The notes below the pieces were generated by a model that saw only the letters and a program-made list of their open reading frames with translations, ran no database searches and was not told where the DNA came from. The position numbers and the translations under genes were made by a program. A stretch of DNA of 64,000 nucleotides, taken from the human T2T-CHM13v2.0 reference genome, Homo sapiens. This document shows positions 58,038 through 64,000 of this stretch, in pieces; the first letter of the stretch is position 1, and each line of letters starts with the position of its first letter. The stretch is taken from NCBI RefSeq assembly GCF_009914755.1, contig NC_060940.1. One strand, given 5' to 3'.

Positions 58038-58583
58038 TCTGCTAACATTATCCTTAATATTACACTGAATATGTCTGTGGATTTTGTGGGAGGTGAGGGT
58101 ATAAAACATAATTAGAGGAAATAATGACATTCTAAATTTAATTTGACTTTATTACAAAAAGGGCAGAATGGAGCAACAGTAATCCAGGACAAAAAATTGT
58201 CCCAATCCCATCATTCAACCCACTTGTGTTTGTATCTGTTTGTGCCACTTCTGTGTGTTGTTTACATGCAGAGTCAGTGTTTGCGTATTTGCGGTTTTAT
58301 ATCATTCATTTCTCATCATACATACATATATTTATATTCCTGACATTTTTCTAGGGAATATCTTTATATTCCTGACATTTTTCTCTTTTTCCCTTATGTT
58401 CTTCCATACCGGGACTTATAGGACCTTGCCCAGACTCAACTTCCCTCTTCCCCATGGACCCAAGTTGCTGAGCTTCCAACAGGTGTTTACAGCAAAGGAG
58501 AATGAGACAGAGAGAAGCAGAGATGCAAAGAGAAAGACAGACAGAGAAGACTAAACTGATTGATCCCAACTCCATTATGATAT

Positions 58584-58835
58584 CTGACTCCAACCACAGA
58601 ATGACCCTGATCCAGCCACAGACTGACTTCTGATCCTGGCCACAGTCCACCTCCTGTCCTCAGCCACAGAACAGCTCTGACTCAAGCCAGGAACTGAGTC
58701 CCGACCCATGTTACTGACTTACTCATGATCCTGGTTGCAGGCTGGCCCCAGCCACATGCTGACCCCTGACCCTCACCACAGATGGATCTTTGATCCCAGC
58801 TATAGGCTGATCTCTGATTCTGGCTGCCCTGAACC
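58584..58835. repeat. Degenerate 23-24 bp minisatellite, about 10 units
   Basis: Units such as CTGACTCCAACCACAGAATGACC / CTGATCCAGCCACAGACTGACTT / CTGATCCTGGCCACAGTCCACCTC. Confidence 0.7.
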
Positions 58836-59354
58836 ACCACTCCTATATACTGATGACCCACCTTAGCGTGATCCCACCCAGGAACTGGCATTTCCTGGGA
58901 CAGGCTCTTGGCCACCTGCTGCTCTGCCCTGGGCACACCAGGCCCTACGCATCCTCCCCCTTCCACCACCATCCATGATTTCCTGATTTCTAGCAGCAAA
59001 TTTAGCTTGAGTTGGTCAACATAGCTGGGCTGCCTGACCTTCCTCTCTGCCATGGAACCACAGAGCAAGTCAGCAGTTCTCCTTCCTAATCAAAAAGCAG
59101 CATGGAGGAGAAGGCTCCTTTGCCACCTTCCTTTCTGCTTTGGATGGTGCTTTTGCAATCATGAGGAGACAAGCCTGGAGATGAAAGGAGGCATTCTGAA
59201 TATGGTGGAGTGGAAGAAGAAGAAGGCCTGCCTGGGGCTTTGATTACATCACCAAGTGATCAAACCAACCTTAAATTCTTAAATAAACTGTAAGTGTGCT
59301 TTTCTTTAAACCACTGTGAGTTTTCTTTTGCAGTCATAAAGCAACCTTAAAAAT

Positions 59355-59845
59355 TGTAGTAGGTACAATAATGAACCCCCCAAGATGTCCATGTCCCAAT
59401 CCCTGGAACCTGTGAACATGTTACATTACATGGCAAGGGGGGGATTAAGGTTACAGATGGAAGCAGGGTTGCTAATCAACTGAACCTGAGATGTAGAGGG
59501 AGATTATCCTTAATTATCCAGACAGGCCCAATATAATCCCAAGGATCTTCATAAGTGAGAGATGCAGGAGAAGCCAAGTCAGAGAGAGATTTCAAAATAT
59601 TATGCTGCTGGCTTTGAAGATGGAGGGAAGGGCCATGGGCTAAGGAATGCAGGTGACCACTTGAAACTGGAAAAGTCAAGGAACAGACTTCCCTAGAGTT
59701 TCTGGAATGAACACAGCCTTGTTAACACCCTGATTTTGAGCTCAGTGAGACCAGTTTCAGACTTCTGACCTCTGGAATTGCAAGATCATAAATTTCAGTT
59801 TTAGGCCACTAAACTTGTGGAAATTTGTCAGAGAAGCAATGGGAA
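59355..59845 (+). mobile_element. MLT1D-like LTR
   Basis: ccccaagatgtccatgtcccaatccctggaacctgtgaa...ttaggccactaaacttgtgg. Confidence 0.8.
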
Positions 59846-60024
59846 ATGAACGTGCAGGTGCATTCACGCATCCAACTTTAGGCTCTGGACTCTTCCTCAA
59901 GCTCCTTCCCCAATCCCCATCCTCTCCCTCTTTATTGGCACTCAATCTTCACTTCCAGAGGATCCTGCCAAATTCCTGCCCATTCCATATCGGCATCCAC
60001 CCTTTCTTGTTAGAGTGGACGTAG

Positions 60025-62009
<1,985 letters not shown>

Positions 62010-62586
62010 TCCAGTCTCTTTTTCCAAGGTCTTCTCCTCTGCCCTCTCTTACACGTTAGGGGTCCGCAGGGCCCATCTGGGGCCCTCCCCATCTCCTCTC
62101 CTCTTTCCACAGAGTTAATTACAACCTTCACTAAATCTGTACTGGAGTCGCATGGATCAGGAACTGTGTGGTCCACAGCCCAGCACTGTGCTTGGCACAT
62201 AGAGCATACTCAATAAACATTTACTAAGTGAATGAATGAATGAATGAATGATGTCTTCTAAATATATCTCCCCAGCTGAGATCTCTTGCCTGAACTCCAG
62301 AGTTATACATTCAACTGCAGTTGGGTATGTCTCAGTTTCCACATCTCCCACCCAAACATTTTGCATGTCCTAGCTAGTAGCCATTCCTATCTCGTGTGAC
62401 ATATGTTATTATATATTGTATATATTATTAAGTCTTTTATTTCTTATTTCTCACCAGGTCTCCCATATCTCCCCCAAAGAAAGTAGACTCATGGTGGGCA
62501 GAGATTTCAGTTTGGTTGGCTCATTGCCTTATCCCAGGGCCTAGAACAGTGCCTGGCACATAGTAGGTGCTCAATAAATACTTCTT

Positions 62587-62976
<390 letters not shown>

Positions 62977-63867
62977 TCATCCTCGCCAAACCTCCTCCTT
63001 CTGGTTCCTGGTTTTGATTGCTAAAGCAAGAGAGCGGGTGCTCCTCAATTGACTACCTCCTTCCTCCCTGCAGAACTTCCGGTACTGTGAGTCTGTCCCT
63101 GGGACCCTGCTCTCCAGCTCCTCTGTTCAGCCATGTCAGCCTCCCTATTGTAACCCCTGGGTTTATGCCGGTAGTGTCTTTATCAAACACTCCCCCATGC
63201 CAGGACCAGGACCATCTTTGTGACTGCGTCCTTCCCTGCTCCCTGGGGTCCCTAAGATGATTTTAGGTGGCATGTGGGCATAGTGAGCTGAGAAAACAAT
63301 TCCTTTTTCAGTTCTCTTTCTCTTCTCCAGATTAGCCTACCACAGGCTGCAGCATCTAGCTGGAAGTTAATCACTCGGTTTTGGTTTCAATGGGCTTGTT
63401 TTTACAGTTCCCTTCTATTTACAGTAAAGGATCCTGATCTTTCATGTGTGATGGTGACAATGTTTCATTTGACAATAAAGTGATTTAAACAAAGCGAGGA
63501 GGCCAATATGAAGAAAATGTAATGATGGAGAAAAAATGTAAATACGGCAGAAATGACTTGTGTGCATAGGGATGAGAGTTTGGGCAACACTGGCGTACAG
63601 GCCCTGTCCAAACCTCTTTGTACCTGGCCCTGGTTCAAAGTGAGAAGTGAGGCTTCTCATGTCTTCAGACACATGACCTGACCCCTCTAGACACCATCAT
63701 CTGACTACACGCCACCACCCAGCCACAGTTCCCAGCCCACACCATGCAATTTCAACCTCCAAGCCTTTTCTCATGCCTTTCCCTCTGGCAGGCACGCCCC
63801 TCCCTACCACTCTTCCGGACGAACCCGGCTATCCTGCCTGCCCTGTATCTACTCTCCCTTCTTCTGA

Positions 63868-63886
63868 CATCACCACCTGGTGGTCC
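63868..63886 (-). promoter_or_regulatory. CTCF-like motif
   Basis: Minus strand reads GGACCACCAGGTGGTGATG, close to the CCACCAGGTGGCG core. Confidence 0.45.
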
Positions 63887-63917
63887 TTGCCGGGACAGCG
63901 TCTTCCCACTCGCAGTT

Positions 63918-63956
63918 CCAGAGAACTGATCTAACTGCCAGAGAACTGATCTAACT
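63918..63956. repeat. 20-bp period tandem duplication CCAGAGAACTGATCTAACT x2
   Basis: Identical 19-mers at 63918 and 63938. Confidence 0.9.
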
Positions 63957-64000
63957 CCTAGCTTTCCAACAGGGCACATGACTCAGGCTTGGCCAATCAG

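Noticed and set aside
58584-58835. Periodic 23-24 bp units as a CRISPR-like array
   Set aside because: Units are contiguous and degenerate with no unique spacers, there are no cas genes, and the DNA is human; it is a minisatellite.

Overview
Human genomic DNA (Alu-dense, one CpG island) containing the complete IL4R gene (interleukin-4 receptor alpha, CD124) on the + strand. The CpG-island promoter and non-coding exon 1 lie at about 2.3-3.3 kb, non-coding exon 2 at 18818-18950, and nine coding exons run from ATG 28956 to TAG 52577. These splice to 2478 nt = 825 aa with all junctions GT-AG and in phase; the poly(A) signal is at 53503. About 10 kb of downstream intergenic DNA follows (IL21R lies further downstream, outside the window). 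The rest is mostly Alu, L1, L2, MIR, MaLR/ERV LTRs and DNA transposon relics. There is no CRISPR array, RNA gene or new protein-coding gene, and this is a well-studied locus, so I do not claim a wholly new system. The most interesting pattern is that all three alternative exons I can identify come from transposons. (i) An L1/Alu chimeric 5'UTR exon changes which upstream ORF overlaps the start codon. (ii) An L2-derived exon replaces the signal peptide with MQKDARRE. (iii) An L2-derived exon makes soluble IL-4R (..NSNIC*) and has a splice donor and AATAAA only 17 nt apart. Also noted: STAT5/STAT6 motif clusters, a GAS-less MER41A LTR just past the poly(A) site, a motif-dense candidate downstream enhancer, a hidden 23-24 bp minisatellite, a CTCF-like site and several perfect hairpins. 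Repeat family names and boundaries are by-eye and approximate.
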